Shown piece after piece: positions 28,697 to 42,429 of a DNA stretch of 64,000 nucleotides. The position numbers and the translations under genes were made by a program. Every line of letters starts with the position of its first letter. Position 1 is the first letter of the stretch. The notes under the pieces are model-generated. The model saw only the letters and a list, made by a program, of their open reading frames with translations, had not been told where the DNA came from and made no database searches. The DNA comes from Epiperipatus broadwayi. Taxonomy: Eukaryota > Animalia > Onychophora. The stretch covers positions 15,438,001 to 15,502,000 of the forward strand of contig JAQFVV010000009.1 of assembly GCA_028023455.1 (NCBI GenBank), read 5' to 3'.

Positions 28697-29199
28697 AATA
28701 ATCTGTGATCATTTCTGTATACAGAGCTTCACATAAAACGAGATTCAAGACATATGAGTAATACATATGAACAAGATTACAGACAGATTAATTTAAATAT
28801 ATATAATAAATTTATTGAATAAATAAAATAATTAAAATTAAATTATTAAATAAGTTATTGGCAGATTACATGTTGTGTTACTGTGCTAATTTAATAAATA
28901 TATCATTTAATCAATGTTGACACTTTCACATAAATGTAAAATAATTTTTAAATATATATATCTGTGGAGAAAAAGACAATACAGTGAAAAGTTAATCTTG
29001 TTTCTTGATCAATTTTTAGATAATTAACTTTAAATAATTAAGTATTTAATGACATATCTAACAAAGTTTTACCTGCTTAAATTAAAATTTCAAGTTCCAA
29101 GTCATTTTAGTAAAAATAAAATTATTTGCACAAATGTATGATTATAGACATGTCACTATTTACCCCTATAATTTATATAATCAGCCAGGGCTACCATGT

Positions 29200-29760
29200 G
29201 TGGGAATGCAAAAGTGCTTCATCAATTGCACCACCAAATTGCAGCGATAATTAATAAAATTTATTTGTAAATGAAAATGCTTAGGTTTATGAATCATTTA
29301 AAGGTTAGAAATGTTCTAATTCATAAATGCTTAGATTTACGAATCACTCCATTGTTAGAAACATATTCTGATTGTAAATATTTTTTATTTAAATATAAAA
29401 GGATTACTTTTTTACTTCAATTGCTTAAAATATATATTAAATATGATATACTCTATCCGTGAATAGCATTGAACAGATGAGTACCATTTTGCCATGGTAA
29501 GTAAAATTTATATGTAAATGAAAATGTTTAGATTTCTGAATCATTCTATTATTAGAAATATGTTTTGATTGCAAATATTTTTTATTTAAATATAAGATAA
29601 TTTATTTTTTATTCAGACTTCTGACAATTCTTTGAAATATACTAAATATTATATTGTCTATCATTGAGCTAAATCAAACAGACTTGGCACCATTTCGCTG
29701 CAATAATTAACTACATTTATATGTAAATAATTAGATTTCTGAATTATCTTTATTTAAATA
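29200..29760. repeat. Degenerate tandem repeat (about 3 diverged copies)
   Basis: Recurrent TTTAT.TGTAAATGAAAATG.TTAG.TTT.TGAATCA (~29262, ~29508, ~29717) and CACCA.TT..C.GC.ATAATTAA motifs. Confidence 0.6.
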
Positions 29761-31849
29761 TCTTAATTTATATGAAAAATAACACATTACTATTAATAAT
29801 TTATTTTAAAATAAATATATTTAAACATTAGTTAATAATAATTATGCAAAATAAGTAATTTTCTTTATCACTCATATTTTATAAATTTTTTTATCATGTG
29901 ATCATAATAGATTATCAGAATCCTAAACATGGGTTCAAGGAAGTCTTATTTTTGTTTTTAAAACAGATATTCACTTTTTTTTCATTTTAATATTAATTTT
30001 TTTTATTTTTAATACTGATATAATTTTTTTTACATGTTTTACTAATCTACTTTTATTGGAATTGTAGTGGAATTTGTTATTCATAATTGATACATAAAAT
30101 TATGCAAATACATAAAGATCCAAATCCAAGGAAAACAGAATTAGTAAAAAACAATTTTTTAAAAAAAGATATTATTGAGCACATATTAACACGGTATTAT
30201 TGTTTATATGTCCATCTGAACTATACAACTTCACTTTTAATTGCTCAAATAGAAAAATGCCTATTAAATTCTTTATCTATTCTAGTGAATACCAGTCTCT
30301 TTTAACAACCAATTGTATAACAGTTTTCTTTCATTATTATTGTCCTTTTATAAAATGTAATCTTTGTTTAGCCTAATAAAAATTTGTTTAAAGTAAAACA
30401 ACCAATTGTTTGATTATTTTTTTTGACTTATTATAACCTATCATTGAACAAAAGAAAATGCAAGCAATGGTAAATAAATAATATGTGAAAATTTCTCTTA
30501 AATATAAATCCTTAAAATCCTTAGATACTTGATTATATAGAGTGACTAAGTTTTTAAACTGAAATAACAAGCATACAAAAAATTATTCTATTATAAAGAT
30601 TCCCAAGGAAATAAAGTAAAAAACAAGAGTTATTTTGAATTAATTAATATGTTGGTTAGAGTCAACCTAATTAAAACTGATTGTTATTTATCACATTGCA
30701 GCCACTAAAATCAAGAGACTTAATATATAAATAAAAAGGTAAAAATATAAATTATTATAATTTTTTAATATTCTATTTTTAATATTCATTTTGTTTTAAA
30801 ATAATAAATTTTATTTCAGAGGAGGGCAAGAGGAGATCTTTTTCACATGATAAAAAGCATTTAGATATCTAAAAAAAATAATCTTACTTGCAAATATAGA
30901 TATATTAAAATTATCCAAATTGATACTTATAATATATAAATTACTTATTTATTATAAATATGATTTTGAATCAATATTTGAGAAAACAAATAAAATACAT
31001 ATAATGCAATATATATATATTAGTTTCTTCATTTTATTGCAAATCTGTTAATAGGATTATGCTAAATGTGTTTTTTTTTTTGGCAAATTCTGATTCAATA
31101 GAGTTAACTTCACATTAATATAACTGAAAAATCTGAATTACAGCATAATCAGAGCTTTTACAATTGTATTACTTTGCACATGATATTCATTGTAGAGCTT
31201 ACAAATTATTGAGTTTTGGCAACAAAAGAAAAGTAGTTTCATGTAGCATATGATAAAATGTTTTATTTTTTGAATTTCACAAAAGACATCATACAGGCCT
31301 GGGGTCTTGATAAATGTGAGGTCTTGTGCCATCCCAATACTCAGACCAGCACTATTCATGAGACTAGGGGTGCTGAAATTTAGCTTGTACAAAAGCATCT
31401 CTTACCCATGGGGCAGCCCTGTAATCAGCACATCTACAATATTGATTATTCATAATGATCATCTTAATTTAATATATTTGAGATGGCAATCAAAAGTTTT
31501 AGCTTTCTGAAATTGATTTAAAATAGAATTAATTAAGCAATTTTCTATATTTACAATTCTTTAAAAAGAAAAAATGTATACCCACCCCCAAAAAGTTTTT
31601 TAATTCAATATTGTTTTGGACATCTTGGATAGTTATCTAAATTTTAAAATAAGATCAATTTCCCTTTTCAATTCTCTCATTCTTTTATCTTAAAATCCAT
31701 TAATGCTTTAAAATAAATTTCTAGTTTTTGTATCCTTATAAATATGATTCTTCTCCTTGTTTTTCCAGCAATACTTTTACACTTGATTTAATCTTTCTGC
31801 TAAAAAGTTTCAATATTATACATCATATGTACATATTTCATATTGTTCT

Positions 31850-32150
31850 TCACATGATTACCATTCTTTATGCTTACACATTGTTTATACACAGGCAAAA
31901 CTCTTTATATAGTAGTGTCAATCAGTGAAAGCCAGAGTAATCAATGGATGCAGGAAGGTTTGTTTATAAAATCCCTATCTAGTGCCTACTTATTCAATAT
32001 CCCCAGACTAGTTTCTAGCTTTTGATCAATGAAAATCAAAAGCTAGAAACTAGTCTGGGGATATTGGATGAGTAGGCACTAGATGGGGATTTTATGAACA
32101 AACCTTCCTACACCCTAAGTGGTGCTACTATATGGAGAGTTTTACCTACG
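31850..32150. mobile_element. Family B fold-back, locus 1 (both hammerheads truncated at the inversion point)
   Basis: Arms ...CCCCAGACTAGTTTCTAGCTTTTGAT (to 32026) and ATCAAAAGCTAGAAACTAGTCTGGGG... (from 32035); left end at TCACATGA. Confidence 0.85.
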
Positions 32151-34220
32151 TGTTCACACTGTACTTCATTTGTAACAATAGTTGATATCTTTATGTAAGT
32201 ATATATAAATGAATATGATTATATAGCTGAATATTAAATTTTTTAATTTTTTTCTGTATACACTTGCTTCATATATGAATGACTTTGATGATTGGTTTCC
32301 TTGATGAATTGACATCGGTGAGGCTATAGCTAATAGGTTCTTGATTTACATCAGATAGCTACATGTTCAAATTTCAGGAGAGCAGTGATGATCTGCAGAC
32401 TCTTAGCAATGTACCGTGAACTTAACAATTATGAAACTTCTATCAACATGTATTTTCTTATAGTTAAAATTTTCAACTGTATGAAATTATATTAACAATA
32501 GCTCTCTTTCTGATTCTACATGACTTTTTAATACACTGGAATTGTCAACAATATAAAGATATAAAGATAATGATTTTAATCAAACAGATTTACCACAAAC
32601 AATATACTGCTTTTAGAAAATTATATTAAATTCCATTTCCTAGTTTTATATTTTTCATATGAAGACATAATGTTAAACTTGAAATGCCAACTCACTTTAT
32701 TTTTATGCATTTTGGTACTGAAAATTATATTCAATTTCATTTTTCCTTTATTAGTATAAGTTTCATCCCTTTGTTTGAAATTGTATATGGTAATGGTACA
32801 ATAAATTTCAGAAAAAATTATAACATATTTATATGAATAATTCATTTAATATAGCTGAAACAATAACATAAAATTTTCATTATTTTGGTCAATTTCTGAC
32901 CACAGTTTGACTTTTTTTAAAATAATTTAATTTTTGTTTGATACAGATTTTCAATATAAAATAATACTTTCTTTAAGACAGATATTCTGACAACACAAAA
33001 CTTATAATGTTGTTGTTTGTTTTTCTTTTCTCTCATTCTTATTGAAACTACTTAATAAACTTGTTTTAATAATATCAAAATGCTAATGCTAAAAGAAAGT
33101 TAAAGCTATAAAAGATTTTATGCTTTTCTCATTAGTTTTTACCTATATGCTTCTAAGAACAGTTACCTTTACCCATCACTAGTCACCTACTTCATAGGCA
33201 AAGAGCAGAAAAAGCCTATAGTCATAAAAAAAACAGAGATCTCTAAAATTTGTAGAAGTTTAGTGAAAATTACTTTAGGTTCAGAACTTCATGATTTTTT
33301 TTAAATTTCAGAATATTAAATTGGACAGATACATGAGTGCAGTTCCAGTTTTGAATCCTAATCTTCAATAACAAAAGCAAAATCCAGGAACCAGCCTGGA
33401 GATAGGAATTTCATAGTACTACACCAAGTGGTGTTTACTGATTACTTAAGCTTATAGTAGATGATTGGAAAATAAAGTGAAGATATTGTTCTTGGAATAT
33501 GCCATATTACAATCTTTATTGTTATAATCAACATATAGAATCATAAATAGGCAAAGATCATAACACATATCAATATAATCATTCTAAAGAAACTTATTTT
33601 AATTGTTCATTATTTAAAAAACATGACAAATTGAATATGCATTTTCTTCCAAAGATCTGCATATAATTTATGAAATCACAATAACAAAAAAAAAAAAACT
33701 GAAATATTTAAAAAGTGGGTTGTATAATAAAGAATCAATTTGGGATTAGTTAGAAAATAAACAACAATGTTCAGTGTCAGTGAATTATGATAAGTATAAA
33801 TATTTTTAAACTGTCATTTTCATTTATAATTATTAATCATGTCTTGCTCTGATGATTACTTACAATTATTATTTGTAATAAATGCATTATTTTGCAAACA
33901 TATATAAACTGATAAATCATCAATTAATTTTTTTCAGTGAATGGAAAATTTATGACTGGAAACCATAAAAAAAAAAAGTAATCTTTTCTCAAAGATGAAA
34001 CATGATAACAATGTTATAAATTGTATAGTCCTGTCTTTTTTTTTTAAAAAAAAAATCATTTCTTTATATATGCTTCACAAATGCAAACTATTTAAACATT
34101 TTTGAAAACCAAACTCATTTTATGGTGGAAACATTGTTTTAGACAATATTGTCATTTTTCGAATATTCTACAATTCATTCAGCATATGTAGTCAAACGTA
34201 AATTTGAGAAACATAAGTGA

Positions 34221-34335
34221 AATCTTAACTTTTTTTTTCATACGTCAAAGCGTTGACCGGGAAGCGAATCCGGGCCAGCTGCTTGGAAGGCAGCTATGCT
34301 ATCCACAAGGCCACCAACGCTTGACAAATCTTAAC
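34221..34335 (-). mobile_element. tRNA-Gly(TCC)-derived short SINE or retropseudogene with poly(A) and TSD
   Basis: 34250-34320 minus strand GCGTTGGTGGCCTTGTGGATAGCATAGCTGCCTTCCAAGCAGCTGGCCCGGATTCGCTTCCCGGTCAACGC closely resembles eukaryotic tRNA-Gly(TCC), with D- and T-arm mismatches. A-tail at 34230-34238; AAATCTTAAC on both sides. Confidence 0.85.
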
Positions 34336-36232
34336 ATTTCTAGTAGCCTTTCCAATCACTGATTCAAATATTATGGAGTCTGTAGGGAAATTTTTAAACA
34401 AATAGTTTAGAAATAATATCTTCCAACGATTATTTCCGTAGCAAATGGTTATTTTAACGGTAGAAAATTTCATCCTTTTCTATGAAGATATCACAGCTAT
34501 ATCTGTTATTTTGTCCAATTTTTATACATATACGTAGACAGAAACACACAAACAAAAATAAAAAATATTTGTTATCTGAAATCAATTTAAATGATCGAAC
34601 TAACTTTTATTAAATATTAGTAAGTTCCTTAACCTTGCAATTAGTTTATTTGGAGAACGCGCATACAATAAAATAATCAACTTATATTAATGCCTAACTT
34701 TAGTATTAAAAAAAAACCTTCACAAATCTTTTCCAATAATTTATTTCATAATTAAGCCTATATTAATTATTAAAATTGAATACCTCACTCTTCTTATATT
34801 TGCTTACGAGTACATCTACATTAGAAGCCATCGATATTATTACTGATTATAAACTTGGTTCCTGTTTTGAAATAGTTTCCTCAGAAAAAGGAAGCAAAAC
34901 AAAGATAGAGGGAAAAAACAATTTTATATATATGGTAGTAATTAAAAAATTATGAATATCAACATTATATTTTGATTTTCTTTAAAAAACAAAAAACCGT
35001 AATCTACTTCCGTTTCTATTAAGAATCCGAGTGATTCACTATTTTAAATCTACAGTTACTTATATAATCAATTACTGTATTTCAGCGATTAATAATAATA
35101 GATTTACAGTTACTTATAAAAACATATCAGTTCTAAACTTGTAATATAAAAAAAAAAAAATCCGAGCAAATCAAAAAGTAACGATAAATTACTTTTCAAT
35201 AAATTTATTGTACAGTACTTTTATTTTATTTATTTATTTTTTAAAGTTTTTTTTTTTTGGAGGGGGGAGGGTCATATATATATAAAGGATTTTTTCTCCC
35301 AATAAAAGTTACAGCCAACCCAATATACATCAGAAAATATATGTTAAAAAATTATTAACTGAAGTGCAAACATCTCAATTATTTGATTGGCCAAATGACT
35401 GTAAAGCAATATTTCACGATGATAGAAGTGGGGGGGGGGGGTCACAGTTTTGCTTTTTTTTTAATATTATATATTAAAAAGATTTTATAATTGATTACTT
35501 TGCAATTACTATTATAATAAAATTAGAATACATTTTTTTATATTAGAAGAATCAGACTAATAATTCAGAGATCTTAGTTATCTATGTTAAGTAATACTAC
35601 AATCGTTAAATAATGTCATGGTCAACTGTAAAAGACTGTATATATGGCGTTATTCTGCCAGAATGACCTTGACAGATCACATTTCAATGTCTATCCATTT
35701 CATTGCATATTATTGTCTTTTTTCATTTTCAGTCTTTCCAATTATTATATTTTTAGTCATATTAATATTATGTTATGTTACAACCAAAATAAAATTTCAA
35801 CTTGATCATTTGTGTTTTAAATAAAATTTCCTATCTATCTAATCTGATCACATATCCACTTATCCATTTTTACTGCTTTCCATAAATAATACTTTGAAAA
35901 AGTCTTTACCAGTCCTATAGTTCAAAAACATGATATACACATTTATTAAACTGTAATAGTAGAAAATAATAGTAGTCACCCCTCCCCAATAATCAGGATT
36001 AAGTAACTTTTATATGCAATAATTAATCATCCAGGTCATTTCCAAAATACCAATTAAGCAAGATGAAGAATATAAACCTTAATAACATTAATTTAAACAA
36101 TGTTAGAATTTGTAAAAACAATAATAATAATATTTTTTAAAAAAAACAAAAAAACAATAAATAGAGCAAATTTTTATTTAAATTCAGCCACTTTCTATTT
36201 AAAGCAATAAATCGAATTGTGTAGTGTTTATA

Positions 36233-36441
36233 ATAAGTTAGGTGATAAACTTTTGCTACCAATGAATAAACAGTTGGTGATTAATAGAATGATTTTTACA
36301 GATAAGGTTATCTGTGAATAATAATAAATTGAACTATAAGTTAGGTGATAAACTTTTGCTACCAATGAATAAACAGTTGGTGATTAATAGAATGATTTTT
36401 ACAGATAAGGTTATCTGTGAATAATAATAAATTGAACTATA
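36233..36441. repeat. Perfect two-copy tandem duplication, 103 bp period
   Basis: ATAAGTTAGGTGATAAACTTTTGCTACC...AATTGAACT starts at 36233 and 36336. Confidence 0.95.
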
Positions 36442-37243
36442 AAACTTGGTCAGTGCTACAATTGTTTAATGTCCAAATAAGAATATCTGCTATTTTATTA
36501 AATAAAATGTTGGCTCATCAAAGGTAAGTATCCAATACAAACAATAATCTCTTTTTGTACCTCTTTCTATCATTCCATCATTTTTATTTCATTAAACTTG
36601 TAAGTTGGTTTAGGATGTAATCATTATGAGACTCATTCCACTTGTCATTTTTCAGCACAATGTGATTGCTAAATTACATATTTGTGTCACTATATTTCCA
36701 TCTTTTAATCACATGCAGAACAAATCTTATATAAGTACATAAAATTATGTAGTCTTCAGAAATGAAAAAATCATGCAGACAGGTTTTACATGAAACAAGT
36801 CTCATTCAGAAAATATCTGTACATTTGAACAATTATATTTAGAAAATCCCTCTGTTCCCCAAATGATCTAGAAAAAGTAGGCTAAAAATATGGTTTCACA
36901 ATATTTATGCTAGGTTACAGTGGCTGGTAGAATGTTCATTTAAATAGCAGAAACATCTGTAATAAAGTAATAAATACTCTGGGTAGCAGAGCAGAAAGTG
37001 TATCCCAAATTCTGAAGTATATTTATCAAAATATAACAGTAATGATTAGATTGTATAACGATAACATGATTAATAATGTGTAACAGTAAACGCCGTTATA
37101 TTAATTTAAAAGTAAAATATTTTTTTTTCTTAAGTTCGTAAATAAAAGCTAAAAAAATTAAAGAGTTGTTAAACGTGTATACGTATACATATTCGCACAG
37201 ATGCAAAAGTTTAAAAAATATTTCTTTTTTAAATAAAAAAAAA

Positions 37244-37356
37244 GGGGGGGTTTCATATGTCATAGCATCAGCCGAGATGCGAACCCACAACCATCTGCAA
37301 CCAACTACTTGCTTGCAAGGTGGTTATGATGACCTCTCGGCTAACAACGCTTGACA
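37244..37356 (-). mobile_element. Second, more diverged copy of the tRNA-derived SINE
   Basis: Same TGTCAAGCGTTG 5' end, A-box TAGCCGAGAGG, B-box GGTTCGCATC, and TGAC.TATGAAA trailer as the 34221-34335 copy. Confidence 0.7.
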
Positions 37357-39816
37357 GAAAAAGTATAAGAAAAAGATAAAATATTTTTGTAAATGGAAAT
37401 GATTGTTTTATAAATTAATTGAAAAGCAAACTAGCCCTTGGGACTCATAAAAAAAAGGTCAGTTGAAAGATATATATAAGAGAACAAAAGAATTAGCTTG
37501 ACCAATGGAAGCACCAAGCCTCAGCACGGAACAAAAAAGAGACTAGGATTAGTGATGTCTTGTTCTTTGAATCCAGAGGATCATTATAAAAGAAAAACAA
37601 TTCAAATTAAAACAGTTCCTGAGTTCCAACTTGATTTTGTGAGAGGCATGATAAGACGCACTTGTCACCCTCTCTCACTTATTTAAAAATGAAACGACTG
37701 TAATACCAGAAATGAACCAGCTAAAGCCCCTCCAGAACAACAGACCGGTCTTCCATGAAAGTCTTTGCGGGAATTGGCAGCAGGAACCGGGATTTCTTCT
37801 ACTGTAAGACATAAACTACAAAATTTAAAAATAATTAAGAACTTTCATTCAAGCTTTTAAGATTCAGAGCCTAAATTTTAAAATGAACTCTTATCTGACT
37901 TTCAATTTTCAAATTGATAATTAATGTTTAAATTTTATATATTTAAGTTTGCTAAAAATCATTTCCATTTTCACTTTTTGTTTTTATCAATATTGTATAA
38001 ATTACTAAATGCATTAAATTTAAGTTGGGCATAGACACTTGCATAGATTCGTTCACGTTTAATTATGTTTTTGTTTTCATATTTGATTAAAATATATAGA
38101 CATTCGGTAAATAATGATATCTTACGTTGAATATCTAAAATGTATTTATTTGGATGTCTTTTTAGTTATTGGTGTCAATGTGGCATCTTATGGTGAATGC
38201 CATTGGGTTTCTTGTGAATTCCCTCTGCAATTATATCAATGACTTTATATTTTGATCATTTATGTTTATTTTGAAATGTTTTCGAGCGTGTAATCTATGT
38301 AGTCGATCTATACTCAACATTAAAAAACAAACTTAAATAAAATTCAACTGTGCGAAATTATATAAATGTTAAACTTAAGTCAGGCATGAATGGCTATATA
38401 GATTTGTAAAATTATATTAATTAATTAGGGGAGGGTAATCTTAGGTTATTTGTTTCGTAGTTAAATTAGGTCAATGGATTGGATATATTGGTGTAATTAG
38501 TAGATGTAGTACGAGATTCGCTACGTGCAGAATCTCAGTATACGCAGCACACCCCCTGTTTGCCTATGGAATGGGATAGTAAGATGGAAGATGCAATCCC
38601 TTCCTATGGAGTTTTTTTTGTCTTCTCTAAACATGCTGTTCATATGTACATTCCTGACAGTACGGTATTTTTTGTGCTGTCGTATTTTCATGCTACATTG
38701 AATACATCAATGTATCAGATAGATTGATGTCGGTTTGACTGCAAACTTTTGGCCTAAGGTTAAATAAGGATAGAATATTTTCTTTTCAAATGCAAATCTA
38801 TGTAGTTTATTCATATTCGACAATAATAAAATAAATATAAAATTCCTCTGTGTGGATGATTTAAAATTTTAAAATAATAATTTAAATTAAAAGGATATTA
38901 AAATCTAAAATAATAGATGTTATTCCTCAAATTTTAAAATGATTATATATGTGCGTAAATAAATGTTGTTTGTGTGTTAATTACTGGCAGTGGTTTTTAT
39001 TTTTTTATATTTAAAATACAAATTAAACAAGTTATATATTATTATCTCTGCGTCTCCACTGAGCTAGTGACTTTGGCTAACAGTCAGAGAAAAATACATA
39101 TGTAAAAGTTTAACAGCGCACATCTGCCTACTCTATAAATTTTCTAGGTTCAAATGCCTAGATGATGCCCTTGTAGTACAGATACAGTAAGACTGTAAGC
39201 TTCGATCCTCTTTCAGACTGTTATAAATGAAAAAAGTATACAGCAAGATGATTTCATTACCAAAACTTTTACAGTAGTTTTATAAAAAGTATTTGATTAA
39301 TGAAAATGAGAAGCTAAAGAAAATAAGTAAATAAAGATTAATCAACTCATCTAGATTTTTGCAAATGATATGACTGTTTTCATGAATAATGCTTTAGATC
39401 TTCAATAAATGTTACCAGGACTATCTGATAAAAGGAAAAAGAACTGACATTCAAAGGCTTTTCAAAAAAAAAAAAAATTGAAGACAGATAATAATGAATT
39501 ATAAAGAATTAACAATTACAAATACATTGATTAGAATGTTCAGATAATTAAACTTGTACAGGATATTTTTGGTAGAAATAATTCAATATTTTTTAAAAAT
39601 GTGTACTTAAAAATGAAGATTTTTTAAAAAAATGTACTTTAATTCTGATTACATATGGATCTAAAATATGGCAACTTAATAGAACTTAATATACTTCAAA
39701 CAATACAGTAAAGTGTAGTGATGTATGTTAGAGGTAATATGGAAGAAATGAAAGTTAAGTACACAGTTTCCTTAGTTTAATGAACTACTTTGAAAGCTTT
39801 TTTAAAAAAGAGAATA

Positions 39817-40173
39817 ATGCTTAAGTTAATAAATCCCTCACATGATCACTATTTCATATGCTTACACATGCTATTAATAAAGAGTACCAAACTCTCCATG
39901 TATTAGTGCCACCAAGCACAAGCCTTCATAATAATGGATGCAGGAAGATTTGTGAATAAAACTTCTATCTAGTGCATACTCATCCAACATCTCCATGCTT
40001 AAGTTAATAAATCCCTCACATGATCACTATTTCATATGCTTACACATACTATTAATAAAGAGTACCTAACTCTCCATACATTAGTGCCACCAAGTACAAG
40101 CCTTCATAATCAATGGATGCAGGAAAATTTATGCATAAAATCTCTATCTAGTGCATACTCATCCAACATCTCC
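39817..40173. repeat. 178-bp tandem duplication covering the left flank and left arm of family B locus 2
   Basis: ATGCTTAAGTTAATAAATCCCTCACATGA starts at 39817 and 39995. Confidence 0.9.
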
Positions 40174-40365
40174 AGACTAGTTTCTAGGTGTAATATTCTC
40201 AAATCCAAGGTTCCTTACTGATGAAAGCCACAAGCTAGAAAATAGTCTGGGGATATTGGATGAGTAGTCATTAGGTAGGGATTTTAAGCATAAACCTTCC
40301 TGCATCCATTGATTATGAAGGCTTGCACTAGGTGGTTCTAGAGTTTGGTCTTTTTAATAAATCCC
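39826..40365. mobile_element. Family B fold-back, locus 2, with probable 12-bp TSD
   Basis: TTAATAAATCCC at 39826-39837 and 40354-40365; the arms join at CTAG microhomology 40184-40187. Confidence 0.8.
40212..40253 (+). ncRNA. Type I hammerhead ribozyme motif, family B
   Basis: TCCTTA-CTGATGA-A-AGC-CACAA-GCT-A-GAAA-ATAG-TC-TGGGGA. Confidence 0.75.
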
Positions 40366-40429
40366 CATATAAATTCCTTTTTAAAATCAGAAATGGCACT
40401 AGTCAAAGATTTGGAAAATGGGCACACAG

Positions 40430-41750
40430 AAATGAAAACATGAGACAAATTATTAGGGCATTTCAACAATACTAAGAAACTATGGATGCATCAGAATAGA
40501 GTATAAAAGAAGTTATAGCCTAAGCATCATGAACCCAATTAAAAGCTCAGAGAAATTACCCAGAATGATTAAAAAAATACTAGCTATAAAACTCAAGAAA
40601 CCCACTGATATCTTTTTGGTCAATCATTTCAAATAATGATTGAATGCATGTCATTGTAGTGGATATTTTGCTGTGTCAGACTAGCACCAAAACATTTATG
40701 CTCACATATGTTGAGGGGGACAATGTTTTAGCTTCCTATGATTACCATCTGACATCTAATTAAGAGAAAAACATTAAACACACATATGCATTATTCAAAA
40801 ATCCCCAAAGAGGAGAACTAAAAAATATAGAAGATGAAATAAATTACATCCTATCAATAAACTGGAATCAAAAATACTGAAAAACAGAAGAGTGGTGATT
40901 TGGATGAAAGATAATAAAGATTACCAGTTACTGATAAATTGGATTAGGAAATGGCTGTCCACTTCATATGATTCAGTGCATACCACCAGCATTTTGGACA
41001 AATCATGAGTCAGCTAATAAAGACCACAAATTATTAGAAACAGTGTAATATTAATTCCAAAAAGCAAAGAAAATGTACATGCAAGAGCAATTACCATGTG
41101 GATATGACTGACAGCTAGCATTACTTTAATATATATATAAAAGGTACTCACAAAAAAGTATATAACTTGGCAATTCATTGCAAAAATGTCCATGAAAAAC
41201 TATGTATCATGGTCTAAGACAATAAAATTAGAGCATAAAAACTTCACATAAAATACATAGCCCATTAATGGGCAACTACATTTTGAGATCAATAGGTCTA
41301 TATTCTAGATAGGTTGAGTATCACTTCATTAAAAAAATATACAAATGCCAAAGAAACTATTGGAAGATTAAATATTTTCCTATCACAGATTACTTACTGT
41401 AAGTAATAGAATGGAATTTTTTTTTATAGATAATGAAAAAATACTTCAGGGAAGAAGACATTGAAAATATTTATGTACTTTCTTATCACCTAATGTCAAA
41501 TGGTTATTAGAAAATGTTGTACAACATCTTAAAATAACTATATAAAATCTGGAAATGAGAAAAACAGGGTATTGTTTAAACACAGCCTTAATGCATGAAC
41601 ACACTATACCTTCGTGGCTAAAAAAAAAATCCTTGCAAAGCTATTAATGGGAAGGAAGTTAAAAATTAAACTATCAAAACTAATTCTCTTGGGAAAAAAC
41701 AGTTAATAGTATTCAATTCTGAAAACAAAAGCATAATAGGAGAGTATGGG
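40430..41750 (+). mobile_element. Degenerate Gypsy-like LTR retrotransposon pol relic (RNase H to integrase)
   Basis: DHK (from TDHKPL) ~41020; SPLMG (from GP.MG) ~41260; YHLMSNG (from YHP.SNG) 41484-41503; LLMGRKLK.KL ~41640. Confidence 0.7.
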
Positions 41751-42429
41751 ATATATTAAATATAAAAAAAGGTAGAAGTAATAATTATTAAAATACTGAT
41801 GTAATCGTTGTGTCAATAGAAGGGGGTGGAGAATACTGCAGGTAACTATGAAAAAACTAAAATTATTTTAAAATCTAATACTAAATAAAGAAGAAAGTCT
41901 TGAACAGTGAAAAATAAAAGTAGAAAAAAATGAGCTGCATATTCGAGATCAAACAGCTAAGAATTAGGAAATGGAACTTGCAGGGATAAGACAAAAAAAA
42001 AAGATGATAAGCCTGAATAAGAGTAAACAAAAAAGATGATAAGCCTGGGTAAGAGTAAACAGAAAAGCTACTAAAAAGTAAAATGTTGAGACAAACAAAA
42101 ATCTCAAGAAATTCCAGAATTAGGATATTAATATAGAGAATTTTACAAAAGTACTATTTAATAAAATGTTTTGTAAATGGAATAAATAAATAATTTCCAA
42201 TGCAAAAAAAAAAAAAAAAAACAATCTCTTATCTTAAATAAATATTCTTAACTAATTGCAATGTTTCAATGGACAATATGACTCAAAAATAATTAAAATG
42301 TTTTGAATATAAAAGAAATTCTTGGCAAAACTAATTATAATGTTTGTGGAATTTCTTTTAATTCACTTAAGACAGTAATTAAATTAAAAGAGATATTTAA
42401 TCATCCCAGTAATCAGTTGATATAATACA

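Noticed and set aside
34250-34320. Functional tRNA-Gly(TCC) gene
   Set aside because: D-arm and T-loop substitutions, a poly(A) tail, a TSD and no downstream T-run terminator indicate a retroposed copy.
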